Source of the DNA: Octopus bimaculoides
Taxonomy: Eukaryota
Assembly (NCBI RefSeq): GCF_001194135.2
Contig: NC_068988.1
Coordinates: 74,370,348-74,434,347, forward strand
Length of the DNA stretch: 64,000 nt
Direction: 5' to 3'
Below the pieces are notes generated by a model. The model had not been told where the DNA came from, did no database searches, and saw only the letters and a program-made list of their open reading frames with translations. Below, one piece after another: positions 25,803-37,904 of this stretch; position 1 is the stretch's first letter; each line of letters begins with the position of its first letter. The position numbers and the translations under genes are program-made.

Positions 25803-27422
25803 TTACATGGTAAAATGCGAGCAAGAGAAATAATATTCTTAAGAGTATGAACCTGGAAAAGTACAGCCAAAGTTATTACACTTGGAAAAGTTCAGGACAA
25901 GTTATTACATCTGGTAAAGTACAGAACAAGAAGATTTTTACTTAAAATATTGCAGCTAAGAATAAAATTTGAATATTAAAAGTTATTTGATTTTAATCTA
26001 TTAAGTAACATTATAATTAAAAAAGGTACCATCATTTTGTTAAAATATTAGGCCTCACCGAGGCAATGACTTGTGACTGAGACCTTTGGAAATATGTTGC
26101 GCATGAGAAGACCTGGCAAGCCAAGTGAGACCATAATCCGAGGCCTCTGCCAGGGGTGTAGCCAGCCCACTTATGCGTACCTTTCTTTCATTGGACACTA
26201 AACTTTGCTTGCGAAGACCTGTCGAGGCAAGTGAAATCGAAATCGAACCAAATTCAACGACTGGCACCCATGCCAACCTCTCCTTCATTGGACACTAAAC
26301 TCGGCTTGTGAAGATCTGTTGGGGCCAGTGAAATCGAAATTGTGATGGCACCTGTACCAGTGGAGCACTAAGAGCACTGTCCGAGCGTGATCATTGCCAG
26401 AGCAGCTGTCTGGCTTCCATGCCAGTGGCACGTAAATAGCACCAGTTGAGCGTGATTGTTACCAGCGTCGCCTTACTGGCACTTGTGCCGGTGGCACATG
26501 AAAAATATTCGAGCGAGGTTGTTGCCAGTACCGCTGGACTGGCTCCTGTGCAGGTGGTACATAAAAAACACCATTTTGAGCGAGGCCATTGCCAGTACCG
26601 CCTGACTGGCCTTCGTGCCGGTAGCACATAAAAGCACCCACTACACTCTTGGAGTGGTTGGTGTTAGGAAGGGCATCCAGCTGTAGAAACTCTGCCAAAT
26701 CAGATTGAAGCCTGGTGTAGCCATCTGGTTCACCAGTCCTCAGTCAAATCGTGCAACCCATGCTAGCATGGAAGGCGGATGTTAAACGATGATGATGATG
26801 ATTGACACACTAGAATACTTAAAAAATGAGAGCCAGAAGTACCATTGTAGCTAAAGTTTTATGCAAAGTAGAATAATATATATGGTAGGCAAATTCATTA
26901 TGTAAAAAATGTGAAGACATGGCAGTAACTTAGACCAATAACTGAAGCAAATTTTACTGGGAATTTTCTGTTATAGGTAAATTTTACTGTAATATATAAC
27001 TAATTCTTGTATTATTCTATTTATTGTACTAATTATGTACTACTATTATTTTTTTATAATCTATTTTCAAATTTCTAATTATTAATTAATACTTTAAAAA
27101 ATGAATTTTTTTGAAGTGCAAAAAATATGTTAAATGAGTTATTTTTAATTTTTAATAGAAGTAACAAGAAATAATAAATAGAAGTAATAACTTGTAATAC
27201 AATTTCTAGTTTTAATAAAAGCTAATATTTTCTAAATCTAAATGTTTTATTTGAAATTTTATCCTTAGCTGCAATATTTTAAGTAAAAATCTTCTTGTTC
27301 TGTACTTTACCAGATGTAATAACTTGTCCTGAACTTTTCCAAGTGTAATAACTTGTTCTGTACTTTTCCAGGTTTATAGTCTTAAGAATATTATTTCTCT
27401 TGCTCACATTTTTCCATGTTAT
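25803..27422. mobile_element. Non-autonomous foldback-type DNA element with ~170-bp TIRs containing 29-bp sub-repeats
   Basis: 25803-25975 is the reverse complement of ~27250-27422 at high identity. The interior is AT-rich and carries an inserted RTE tail. Confidence 0.75.
26050..26802 (+). mobile_element. RTE 3' end, subfamily with diversified 3' UTR units
   Basis: End of the ORF (DRDLWK..) plus five units and a (GAT)n tail. Unit by unit it matches 39669-40146. Confidence 0.9.
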
Positions 27423-27489
27423 ATGTATGTATATACATATATATATATATATATGTATAAATATATGTATATATATACTGACATATATC

Positions 27490-28470
27490 AGGTAGTGGTG
27501 GCAAATGGAGCCCCCTCAAAGGAAACACAAATAGTAAGTGGTTCTTCAGAGCACTGTCTTATGCCCACTGTAATTCATAGTGGCCTTCTCAGAGATGCCC
27601 TCAGCTGCTCAGATAGCCACCCATGGAAATATTGCGCATCTAAAATGGGAGTGGGATGCAATATACAGGTAGGCTGAGGACAATAACATGCAGTTTAATG
27701 TTGGAAAATTCCAAGCCCTGTACTACCAGCACACAAAGCTGAAGGAAATGAAGACAGGATACACTGACCCAGTAGGGATTGCAATCCCTGAATCAAAATC
27801 AGTGCATGACATGCACATTGACATGAGTAATGATGCATCTTACCAGGTGCATATTACTAATTTGGCAATAAAATGCAGACGGCTGACTGGATGGATCCTC
27901 CAGACCTTCAGAAAGAGAGAACAGGAAACTGTGATGGTTCTTTTGCAGACATATGCTGCTTAGACTACTGCTCCCAACTATGATCACCACACTGTATAAA
28001 ATTAACGGTGGAACTCAAAGCAATCCAGTGAAGCTTCACAAAGAAAATCATCTCAAAGCTTCACAAAAAAAATCATCTCCCAGTATCAGCTACTGGGAGA
28101 AGCTGAAAAAATTAAGACTCTACCCCCTAGAACAAAGATGGGAAAGATATGCTGTGATATATACATCTGAAAGATTCTGGAAGGACTTGTACCAAACTTC
28201 AGCAATGAAAGTTACACAAATAGCAGAACAGGGCGCTGCTGCATAGTGTCAAAGATTTCAGCATCACCATTGAAATACAGTTCCTTAATATCCTTCGAAA
28301 ATACCCGAGAAACTTGCACAGTGTAGATGTAAGTGTCTTCAAAGCAAAATTCCTCCTGTCAAGGGTTCTGGATGAGCCTACCTCACAACAGGAAACGCAG
28401 ATGAGGGCAACAACATCAAACTCCCTCATTCACCAAATACTACATAGAGATTTCAAATAATGAAGGTGTA
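27490..28470 (+). mobile_element. CR1-like LINE 3' part (RT end to C-terminus), decayed
   Basis: QVVVANG.PS, NNMQFNVGKFQAL, LDYCSQL, SYWEKLKKLRLYPLEQRWERY. Confidence 0.82.
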
Positions 28471-28554
28471 GCAATGCCAACAGTGGTTCTCCAGCATGAG
28501 CACAGCTTTCAATCTGAAAATTGTTACAGTTAAAGGGAGTACATACGTACACAC

Positions 28555-28740
28555 ACACACATCATCCTTTAATGTCTATTGCTCATGCTGGCATGGGTTA
28601 GATGGTTTGACTGGAGCTGGCAAGCTGGAGAGCTACACCAGGTTCCAGTCTAATTTGGTCTGGTTTGGTTTCTATGGTTTGATGCCCTTCTTAATACCAA
28701 CCACTTTACAGTGTGCTAGATGCTTTTAATGTGGTACTGC
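28555..28740 (-). mobile_element. RTE 3' tail
   Basis: Reverse complement of the RTE terminus. Confidence 0.75.
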
Positions 28741-28793
28741 ATGAGCACATCTATGTTATGCCTAAATGTAAGAATGCACGTATGTTTGTATGC

Positions 28794-28955
28794 ATCTTTT
28801 ATCTTTTACTTGTTTCAATCATTAGACTGTGGCCATCCTGGGTCACTGCCTTGAGGATTTTTTGGCAAACTAATTAATCCCAGGACTTATATTCCTTTTA
28901 AACCTGATACTCATTGTATTGATCTCTCCAGTTGTCAAGCAGTGGTGGGGGAACA
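28794..28955 (-). mobile_element. SINE family B, 3' half
   Basis: Reverse complement of the 3' half at 36960-37172, followed by the (CA)n linker. Confidence 0.7.
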
Positions 28956-28962
28956 CATACGT

Positions 28963-29033
<71 letters not shown>

Positions 29034-29429
29034 CACACAAACACACACACACACACACATTTTAAAGAATGTAGTTGTGTACAGCTGGAACAATGCAAGA
29101 AGGTACAAATTAAACTATAAAAGGAAAGTATTGTTCTGGCCTTACACAACTACTTTCTTTAAAGTTATACCTCACAATACTTCACCAAAACTACTTCATT
29201 TTATCCATATATATATACATATATATTATAATGGAGAAAGCCACTTATTAATTATGTTTACTCCCACCTCAATCAAGTGAAGCTGAGTATGTATGTAAGA
29301 AAAAACATTTCTAACAGAAAAGTATGCTATTAAAATGATTTATCGTTTACGTAACTCGTTTTTTAAAATTACAGTGGATACATGCCAGCAATGACCTTCT
29401 GAGTATTTTAAATTATAAACAGAAACAAT

Positions 29430-29632
29430 TGTTTGTTGTTAACACAATGTTTCAGCTGATATACTCTCCAGCCTTCATCAGGTGTCCTGGGGGAATTTCA
29501 AACCTGGGTTCTCATTCCTAAAGTATTTTTCCAATGTTATTATTATTATTATTATTATTATTCAGGTCACTGCCTGGAATCAAACAATCAAGATGAGGAC
29601 AAATATCCATCAAATGTAAATAATGTAAATAA
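29430..29632 (-). mobile_element. SINE-like fragment with a Pol III B-box and a hammerhead ribozyme
   Basis: The minus strand has GTTTGATTCC (B-box-like, 29576-29585), then (AAT)n, then a hammerhead fold at 29441-29486. Confidence 0.6.
29441..29486 (-). ncRNA. Minimal type I hammerhead ribozyme (two CpG-type substitutions from canonical)
   Basis: RNA GACAC-CUGAUGA-A-GGCUG(GAGAGUAUAU)CAGCU-GAAA-CAUU-GUGUU. Stem I is GACAC/GUGUU and stem II is GGCUG/CAGCU. Confidence 0.7.
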
Positions 29633-30286
29633 TATTAACCATTTATTTAATTTTTTTACTGGAAAGGCTCCTCCCATGGTTTTGAAGTGCAAACAAAAAA
29701 TTGGCCAAAATAGGCCTGGAGAGGGATGATGAGGGAGGGGAGGTTGTAAAAGAAAGATTTTCTAAATTTTTTTCATATAAAGATGTCCTCCACCCCCACA
29801 CTATCATTTCAAAGGCAGTGGTTTAAAAAATATGGAGAAAATCCCCTTCAAAACAGAGTAGTTCTAACTTATTTGGTCTTCCTGATCTGAAACTCTGTTT
29901 TACTGAAATTCCTCTCCCCACCCCCTTGGAAAAAATTTACCCCACGAATTTCTTTATAATTGTAATCTATGCCATTTGAAAGGTATTTGTATAAACTTTC
30001 ATTAAAAGATACCTATTTTCCTGAAAGTTATGAGGGAAAAAATTCAGATTGTGTGAATTTTCTGAAACTCCTCTTCCCACCCCTTCGGAAAAATTCTTTC
30101 CCATAAATCACTACATACTCTGAAACCACAACATCTAAGTGGAATTTGTTGAAAATTTTGTTAAAAAAGTATCCATTTTTCTGGATGTTACGAGGCAACA
30201 AATTTGGGGGTGTATACATCTGTAGTTATGCTCTTTTATTTATACAATTTTTCCATTTCATGTTTATTTCATTCACTGTCTGCAAT

Positions 30287-30386
<100 letters not shown>

Positions 30387-30671
30387 AAGCTTACAGATGG
30401 GCTGCTGAATTGAAATCTCTCTGTTGCTTTGAGGGGAAGGAAAAACTGGACAAACTTCCCCCCTCTGTAGTTGCACTACCTTGATGTTTGTTTAAAAAAG
30501 AAAGATTATAACAGATAAAATAATGAAAGCAATATTTACTAAGCAAATGAGCCCTATTATACAAAGAAATAATTAGATGTAAAATATCAAAAATTATTAG
30601 AATATGTGAAAATATTATCAAGTGGCTAGCAGAAAATCTCGCACCGGGCGGTCTTTTTGCTAGTAGATATA

Positions 30672-30826
30672 GCAGACCTCTTCCAGTTTCTGTCTACCAA
30701 ATCAACTCACAAGGCTTTGAATGGTCCAAGGATATAATAGAAGACACTTGCCCAAGATGCCATGCAATGGAAGTGAACCCAGAACCATGTGGTTGGGAAG
30801 CAAACCTCTTACCACACAACTGTGCC
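30672..30826 (-). mobile_element. SINE family B, 5' half
   Basis: Reverse complement of the family B head. Confidence 0.78.
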
Positions 30827-31496
30827 TCCTGACTGGAATACAATAAAAGAGACTTATGCATGTATGTGTGTATGTATGCTTGTGTGTTGTATGTATGTGT
30901 GCATGGGAGATGCTGTGTAATAATTGAGTGATTCTCTTACTGTTGGACAATAAATATAAACTCCATGAACCATTAACTTCCTTAAGGTACTTTTCCTTTC
31001 TTCTTTTATTTATTTCTTTATTTATTCAGATAAGGAAATAATTTATTGTCAAACACAGGATAATGCTAATATAATAGCATGAACAGGATAAACTATCCAT
31101 ATATTGCAGAAAAATTTATCTGCATTTGAGAATAATTTATTTCCTTATCTGTATCTTTCAATACAGATAAAGCAAACTTTGTTTACTTTCATCCTAAGTT
31201 GAATTTGTTTATTTATGTTTGTCCACAGTTTTGCAGTAAAACATGAAATCCACCGATTTACTTCACCTAATACTTAAATATAAATATTTTCTTTATATTT
31301 GTTTTCCACGAAATGTCTTCAATGAACTGCTTTGTTAATTGATAATCAGCCATTATCGGTTTCCTTAGAAACAACATTCACAAATGCTGGAAATAAAGAA
31401 TCTAGATAAATACCTCTCACACATTGACTATTTTGTGGGACTGAAACATTATTCAGTATAATGAGCTTATTAATGATTCCTTTTACTGTCCTTCTT

Positions 31497-31599
<103 letters not shown>

Positions 31600-32606
31600 A
31601 TGCAAGCTATAAACACACAAGTGGTGCAGTGTAATAATAGGAAGGTTATCAGAGAAGGTAGTGTTCATATGTGGAAGAAGCACAAATGCCATAAGAACTG
31701 CAGATACTCAGGAAATTGATTTTCTCAAATACCACGGAGGTCATTATAGGTAGTAGATAATTTTTGCTACCTAGAGGACCAAATTAGTAGTGAGGGAGGA
31801 TGTAAAGCGGGTGTAATAGTTAGGATAAGAATAGGATGGAGAAAATTCAGAGAACTTTTACCTTTGTTGGCAACCAAAAGCTTCTCTCTCCAAGTGAAAG
31901 GAAGATTATATGATGCATGTATACAAACAGCAATTCTACATGAGAGTGAGACATGGACCCTGAATACAGAGGATATAAGAAGACTAGAGAGGAATGAAGC
32001 TAGTATGCTCTGCTGGACGTGTAATGTAAGTGTACATGTTCAATAGAGCGCTAGTGTACTGAAAGAGAAGTTAGGCATAAGAGGAATTAGATACAATGTG
32101 CAAATGAGAAGACTGCTTGTTTGGTCATGGGATGCAGATGAATGCCAACAGCTTCATAAATTTCCAATCTCTCAAATTAGATGGAACACGTGGAAGTGGG
32201 AGACCCAGGAAGATATGGGACAAAATACTGAAGGATGACCTCAGGATGCTGAACTTTTCAGGCGAGATGACAAAGGACCAAGATACCTGGAACCTTGCTA
32301 TACTCAAGAAGACCTACCCGGCACAGCAGAAGTATTAAGGTGGCTCCCCCTGGTGAAGAGAATTGGCTTGCAAGAGCACTGTACTGGTACTATGTAAAAG
32401 CACTCTTGTGGTGCCACATTAATAGTACCCAGTTCACATTGTAAAGTGTTTGGCATTTGGAAGAGCATCCATCTGTAGAAACATGCCAAATCAGACTGGA
32501 GACTGGTGCAGCTCTTCAGCTTGCCAGCTCTGGTCAAACCATCTAATCCATCTGAGCATCAAAAATGGACATTAGATGATGATGATGATGATGATGATGG
32601 TGACGG

Positions 32607-32640
<34 letters not shown>
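31600..32640 (+). mobile_element. RTE LINE 3' third (PHD C-half to (GAT)n tail)
   Basis: CKL*THKWC...FICGR, RIRIGWRKFRELLPLL...KGRLYDAC...HESETW, GSGRPRKIWD, and a long (GAT)n tail at 32575-32640. Confidence 0.88.
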
Positions 32641-32687
32641 ATATATATTGATATTGATGTATATATATATATATATCTATATATATA

Positions 32688-32826
32688 TATAAATATAATT
32701 AAGGGATCAGTAATTATTTGCTTCACCATATACCGAAGTTCAGAAATAGCAGCTAAAAAAGCTGCCATTTCTGAACTTCGGTATATGGTGAAGCAAATAT
32801 TTGCTGATCCCTTAATTATATTTATA
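32688..32826. repeat. 139-nt near-perfect inverted repeat (67-bp arms, 5-nt A loop)
   Basis: The arm 32688-32754 pairs with 32760-32826 with two mismatches and one G-U wobble on the plus strand. Confidence 0.95.
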
Positions 32827-34471
32827 AATATATATGAGCTTTTAAATAAGTTCTCCACCAATAATGGTCCTTTCATACCGATGGGCTTGGTAAAAATTGT
32901 TAATTGTTAATTGATTTATTAATTAATAAATTGATAATCCTTTACCCTTTTAATTTGTAATAATTATATATATATATNNNNNNNNNNNNNNNNNNNNNNN
33001 NNNNNNNNNNNNNNNNNNNNNNNNNNNNNNNNNNNNNNNNNNNNNNNNNNNNNNNNNNNNNNNNNNNNNNNNNNNNNNNNNNNNNNNNNNNNNNNNNNNN
33101 NNNNTATATATATATATTTTGATATTGATATATAAGGGTAAGATCCAGGGATCCAAGTGTAAAAAGTTTGTAAGCTTCAAGTAGTCTGTGATGGGTATAT
33201 ATAAAAAAAATGGACAGTGTACAATCAGAAGCAATGATGATTTATTGGCATTGGGGGTTACACACTTTGTCCCATGTCAAAGTTTTGAGGAAATTTGATA
33301 ATTTGAAAGTCTCTGTATAGCTCACAGTTAACAACTAAAGTTGCTATGAATGCGAATAAAAATCCAAATTGAGGGAGTGGAACTGGTAAAATCCAGGCTA
33401 CATATATTTCTTAGCTAGCTGATCCTCTAATGAAGGCTACTCAACTTAGCTAATCATCAGACCAAGAATACATTAATTACATGAAGGTTACATTGTCGCA
33501 GATGTAAGTTGAAGCTAATAGCAAAGCTGGAAAAACAGAATAAAAAAAGCAAATGTTTGAAGAAATAGAACAGTCAAGAAGTAAGAAAGGAAAAGACAAA
33601 GTCAAATATGTGGGAGTAAGAGTCATATAAGGATGATAAGACTGAAAAAAAGGAGAGGGGGGGGGAGATAGGTGCAGAAAGTTGCTGTTGTTAAGGGAAA
33701 GGAATGGTTGTCTTAACTGAGATGGATAAAGATAGAGACTAGCTGAGCCCAAGGTACTGAGTTCATATCAGATAGGCTGGTACTGCTGGGCATCATCTAC
33801 ATCACAGTATACACACACACACCCATTAACCAATACACATACATGCAGACTGTAGTATCAGCATAAGTATATATGCATGTGGACTGGGGTTGATTTGTTC
33901 AATTAAAACCATCAAAGCCAAACCACAGCATGACTGAAACAAGACTAAAAAGATAATGTATATATATTCAAATATAGATACAGTGTATACATAAACATAT
34001 ACATTTATTCTCATCTATTGAAATTAATTGTGTAATGATGTTATGGCTACTTCAGGGGTGCATACAGACAGAGACACAGGTAGACAGGCAGATAGACAGG
34101 TGCATAAACAGAAGGGGAAAGAGTCAACCACCAGCAAGCCTGATGGACAGACAAGCAGACACACAGACAGACTGGTAGGTAAACTTACCTACAGACAGAC
34201 ATAGAGACAGTGTTGGTGATTAAATATGTGTATTTAGAGAGCAGTTTATATAGAAATACTATGTGTAAATAGAGGTGTGTCATATAAGATAAGACAAAGT
34301 CTTGTTAACAATCAGCTATTTCATTTTATAGAATTAACAGGTTCCATCCTAACTTCACTTAATTTAGTGATTGTCAGTTTATGTATGAGTGTGTGTGTGT
34401 GTGTGTGTGTATGCATGTGTGTGTGTGTGTATGTGTGTATATATATATCTATATATATTTATATATATTTA

Positions 34472-36762
34472 TCAGGTCATCCCATAAGTTTTATTCGATT
34501 TTACCATTATGAAAATTGAATGAAATTTAGTAGTATTTTAGAATGTCTAATGGAATTAAAAATTATTTTTATGCATTTGTGTACATTTAAACTAATTAAA
34601 TATTATTTTACAGAATAATAGAATTAAAATTTCTTTGATTAAAACCCTTTCTAACATGAAAGTACCCAAAGAGCATTTGAGGTACATAATGCTTTATGAG
34701 TACAAAAAATGAAACTCTGCAGCCGAAGCAACTCGAAACATACACACAGTTTATGGGAAAGAATGCTTGAATGAAAGAACTTGCAGAAGATGGTTTGCAA
34801 AATTCAGAAGTGGAGATTTCAGCCCTGAAGATGGAGATTGAACAGAACATCCAGTTGAGTTTGATGATAAGCTCTTTGAAGCATTACTTGAAGAAAATCC
34901 TGCATTATCAGTTGAAGAATTGGCAATAAAGTTTAGTTCAAACCATACAACTGTTCATCATCATCTTCAACAACTTGGAAAGGTTCCTAAACTTGGAAAA
35001 TGAGTGCCTCATGAATTGTCCGAAAGCAACCGCAAATCCCAAGTTGACATCTGCCCTTCTCTCCATTCTCGCAAACTCATTTCACCCATTTTGGATAGAC
35101 TTGTGACTGGTGATGAAAAATGGATCTTCTATTGAAATGTTAAATGTTGTAAACAGTGGCTTGGTGAAAAGGGAAAAAGCTCAACCACAACTAAGAAGGG
35201 TACTTCATGGGAAAAGGTTCTTCTCTCTATCTGGTGGGATTGCAAAGGAGTAATTCACTTTGAATTTGTAGTGGAAGCTTCTCTCTCGGTTGTATATTTG
35301 TAAATGTGGATGTAGCGGGTAATATCTAGCCTTTGGCTGGCCTTGGACCCTGCTGTGTCCGTCACCCTGATTGGCTGTTATTTGCACTGTATTTGCCACC
35401 AGTTTTATTTCACGCCAGGGTGCATAGCAACCAATCATGGCCTTCTGATAAGTTCATGTGAGAGACTGTTTTCTGATGCTTCTGGAGCCCATTTATTCCT
35501 ATAAAATAGCCTGCTTTATCCACGCCAGTTTGTTGTGGCTTCAACCTTCTGAGGTCTGGCCGTGGACCACACAGAACACCAACCAGCCAGCTTCCAGCGA
35601 TGACAACAACACCACAGTTCAACAGCTTACTGCAAACTCCATTTTCGACGCCACCATCAGCTTCTTCGTCGCCAGCGTCTACTCAACGTACACACTACCA
35701 AACAACGCCTGCACAGGTTCACTCAATACTGTTGTGAAATATTTTCACCAAGGTTAACAGAATTCAACCTGTGAGGGACTTCTGTATCAAGTAACCGGCT
35801 CCGCATAGATGCCTCAACCTCACGACATGTGACTTAGCTCTGCTTCAACACCACAACCTGTTATATACAGACTTTCAATCTATTGTGTACCTCAACCAAG
35901 AACTGGTATTTCTTATCCTTGTGTTCAGGACGCTTAACGTCCTTGTTACAGACACTTTTCTATGCTCTGTATTCTGTCGCACACACATACACATATTTGT
36001 ATACATACTCTATTGTTTACATGACGCCCTGTCTTATATTGTGTTATTATGCCGCATTCACGCACACACAGACACACATTTTAATGCTCTAATAAAACTT
36101 TCTCTTTGTTCATCTACCGGTTGTGTCTCTCTCTTTTCGTTGTTGGCCCTCTTCTTACGACATGTGAGTTCGCTTATGTTATTATATTTTGTGTCGACTT
36201 TGTGACACGTTAAAAGGAGCCATTCCATTCGTCTCCATTCTCCTTGGTTTGCATGGTCATTCTACAAATTGTTACCATCTAATGCAACAATCAATGCTCA
36301 AGTCTACTGTCAGCAATTAGAGCGTTTGAACCAAGCTTTGAAGAAAAAAGACCCGCTTTAGTGAATCGAAAAGGAGTGATGTTTCATCAGGACAATGCGC
36401 AACCCCACACTGCAAAGATCACATCACAGAAGATCGAAGAGCTTGGTTGGGAAAAAATTCCTCATCCACCTTATTCTCCTGACCTTGCTCCTTCAGACTA
36501 CCATTTGTTTTATAGTTTAAAGAATCATTTGGGGGACATGACTTTTGTAAGCCAGGAGGAGGTCGAAACTGACATTTCAGAGTTCTTCACTTTGAAACCA
36601 AAAGAGTTTTACATTGGTGGGATTAAAAAGCTTGTAAATAGATGGAAGGAAGTCTTAGATAATCAGGGAAAGTACACTGATGGTTAAATTTCAATTAGAT
36701 ATAACATTTGATCACTTGTTTTCTTTATTCAAAATTCGGACAGAACTTATAGGATGACCTGA
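34472..36762 (+). mobile_element. Full-length mariner transposon C (pseudogenised), interrupted by a solo LTR
   Basis: TA-flanked TIRs tcaggtcatccYataagtt. ATG at 34656 (MKVPKEHLRYIMLYEY), then *VPHEL, VTGDEKW, SIWWD, FHQDNA and HPPYSPDLAPSDYHLF, with a stop at 36687. Four in-frame TGA stops in the 5' half. Confidence 0.95.
35267..36266 (+). mobile_element. Solo LTR (1000 bp) with a perfect AATT TSD
   Basis: aatt|tgtagtg...tctaca|aatt. Contains CCAAT (accaatca), TATA (ctataaaata) and aataaa. Excision restores GVIHFELLPSNATIN. Confidence 0.92.
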
Positions 36763-36782
36763 TATATACTCACACACGCACA

Positions 36783-37172
36783 CATGTAGCTGTGTGGAAG
36801 AAGCTTGCTTCCCAACCACATGGTTTTGGTTTCACTTCCACTATGTGGCTCCTTGGGTAAGTGTCTTCTCCTATATAGCCTCAGGGTGACCAAAGCCTTG
36901 TGAGTGGATTTGGTAGATGGAAACTGAAGGAAGCCCATTGTATATATATGTTTGTGTCTGTGTCTGTCCCCCCACCATCGCTTGGCAACCGATGTTGGTG
37001 TGTCTACATCCCAGTAACCTAGCAGTTCAACAAAAAAGCCCAATAGACTAAGTACTAGGCTTACAAAGAATAAGTCCCAGGGTGGATTTGTTGGACTAAA
37101 AACCCCTTAAGGTGGTTCTCCAGCTTGGCTGCAGTTAAATGACTGAAACAAATAAAAGAATAAAAAAATAAA
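36783..37172 (+). mobile_element. SINE family B, full length (bipartite, with an internal microsatellite)
   Basis: tRNA-like head, ccttgggtaagtgtcttct core, (TA/GT) linker, a 3' half containing taagtactaggc, and the tail aaatgactgaaacaaataaaagaataaaa. Confidence 0.85.
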
Positions 37173-37904
37173 ACATATATNNNNNNNNNNATATATATGT
37201 ATGTATATGTATATATATGTATATATACTAGACTACCCATGACCCGTTGGGTCATCGGGAAAGTCTGAGTTTCCCAGCAACAGAGTTTTGTTTCATGGGC
37301 ATTTTTATACTTTTCCAGGTTATTTCAAATGCTTTCAACGAATGTGACATTGAGATCATGTGTAAATGGTTCCATACCCCAGAAAAGGAAAGATTTGGCT
37401 GCTATTTCTTACACAACCTGCTACCACGTAACAGGTATTTTGGGTCCTTTATCGCAAGTAGCTGTTACGTGGTAGCAGGGCATGCTAGAAATAGCAACCA
37501 ACTCTTTGGAGGTGAGATACATTGATGGCACTAAAAAAAACCTATGGAAAAATATTATTTCGCACCAAGGTTACGGATGGGTCTTTTACAAAATATTTAC
37601 CATCTTTTTAAAGTCATTTTAACTTTAAAATATTTTTAAAATATGCCAAAAAAATTTTTGTAATAGTATTCACTTGAAAATAACTTAAAAAACATTAAAA
37701 TATTGTCTGTTTAAAGAAAGCTAAAATATAAATACTTACTGTACAAACAACTTACATTTTTGAAATCACATTCACTTGAAAATATTTCTAAATGATTAAA
37801 ATATTGTATTTAGCTAAAGGGAAAATAGAAACATTTACTGTGATGTTGTGAAGTCACTGTGTCTAATTGAAAGGTTTGAGTTTCTTCCCTTTCAGGATGA
37901 AGTT

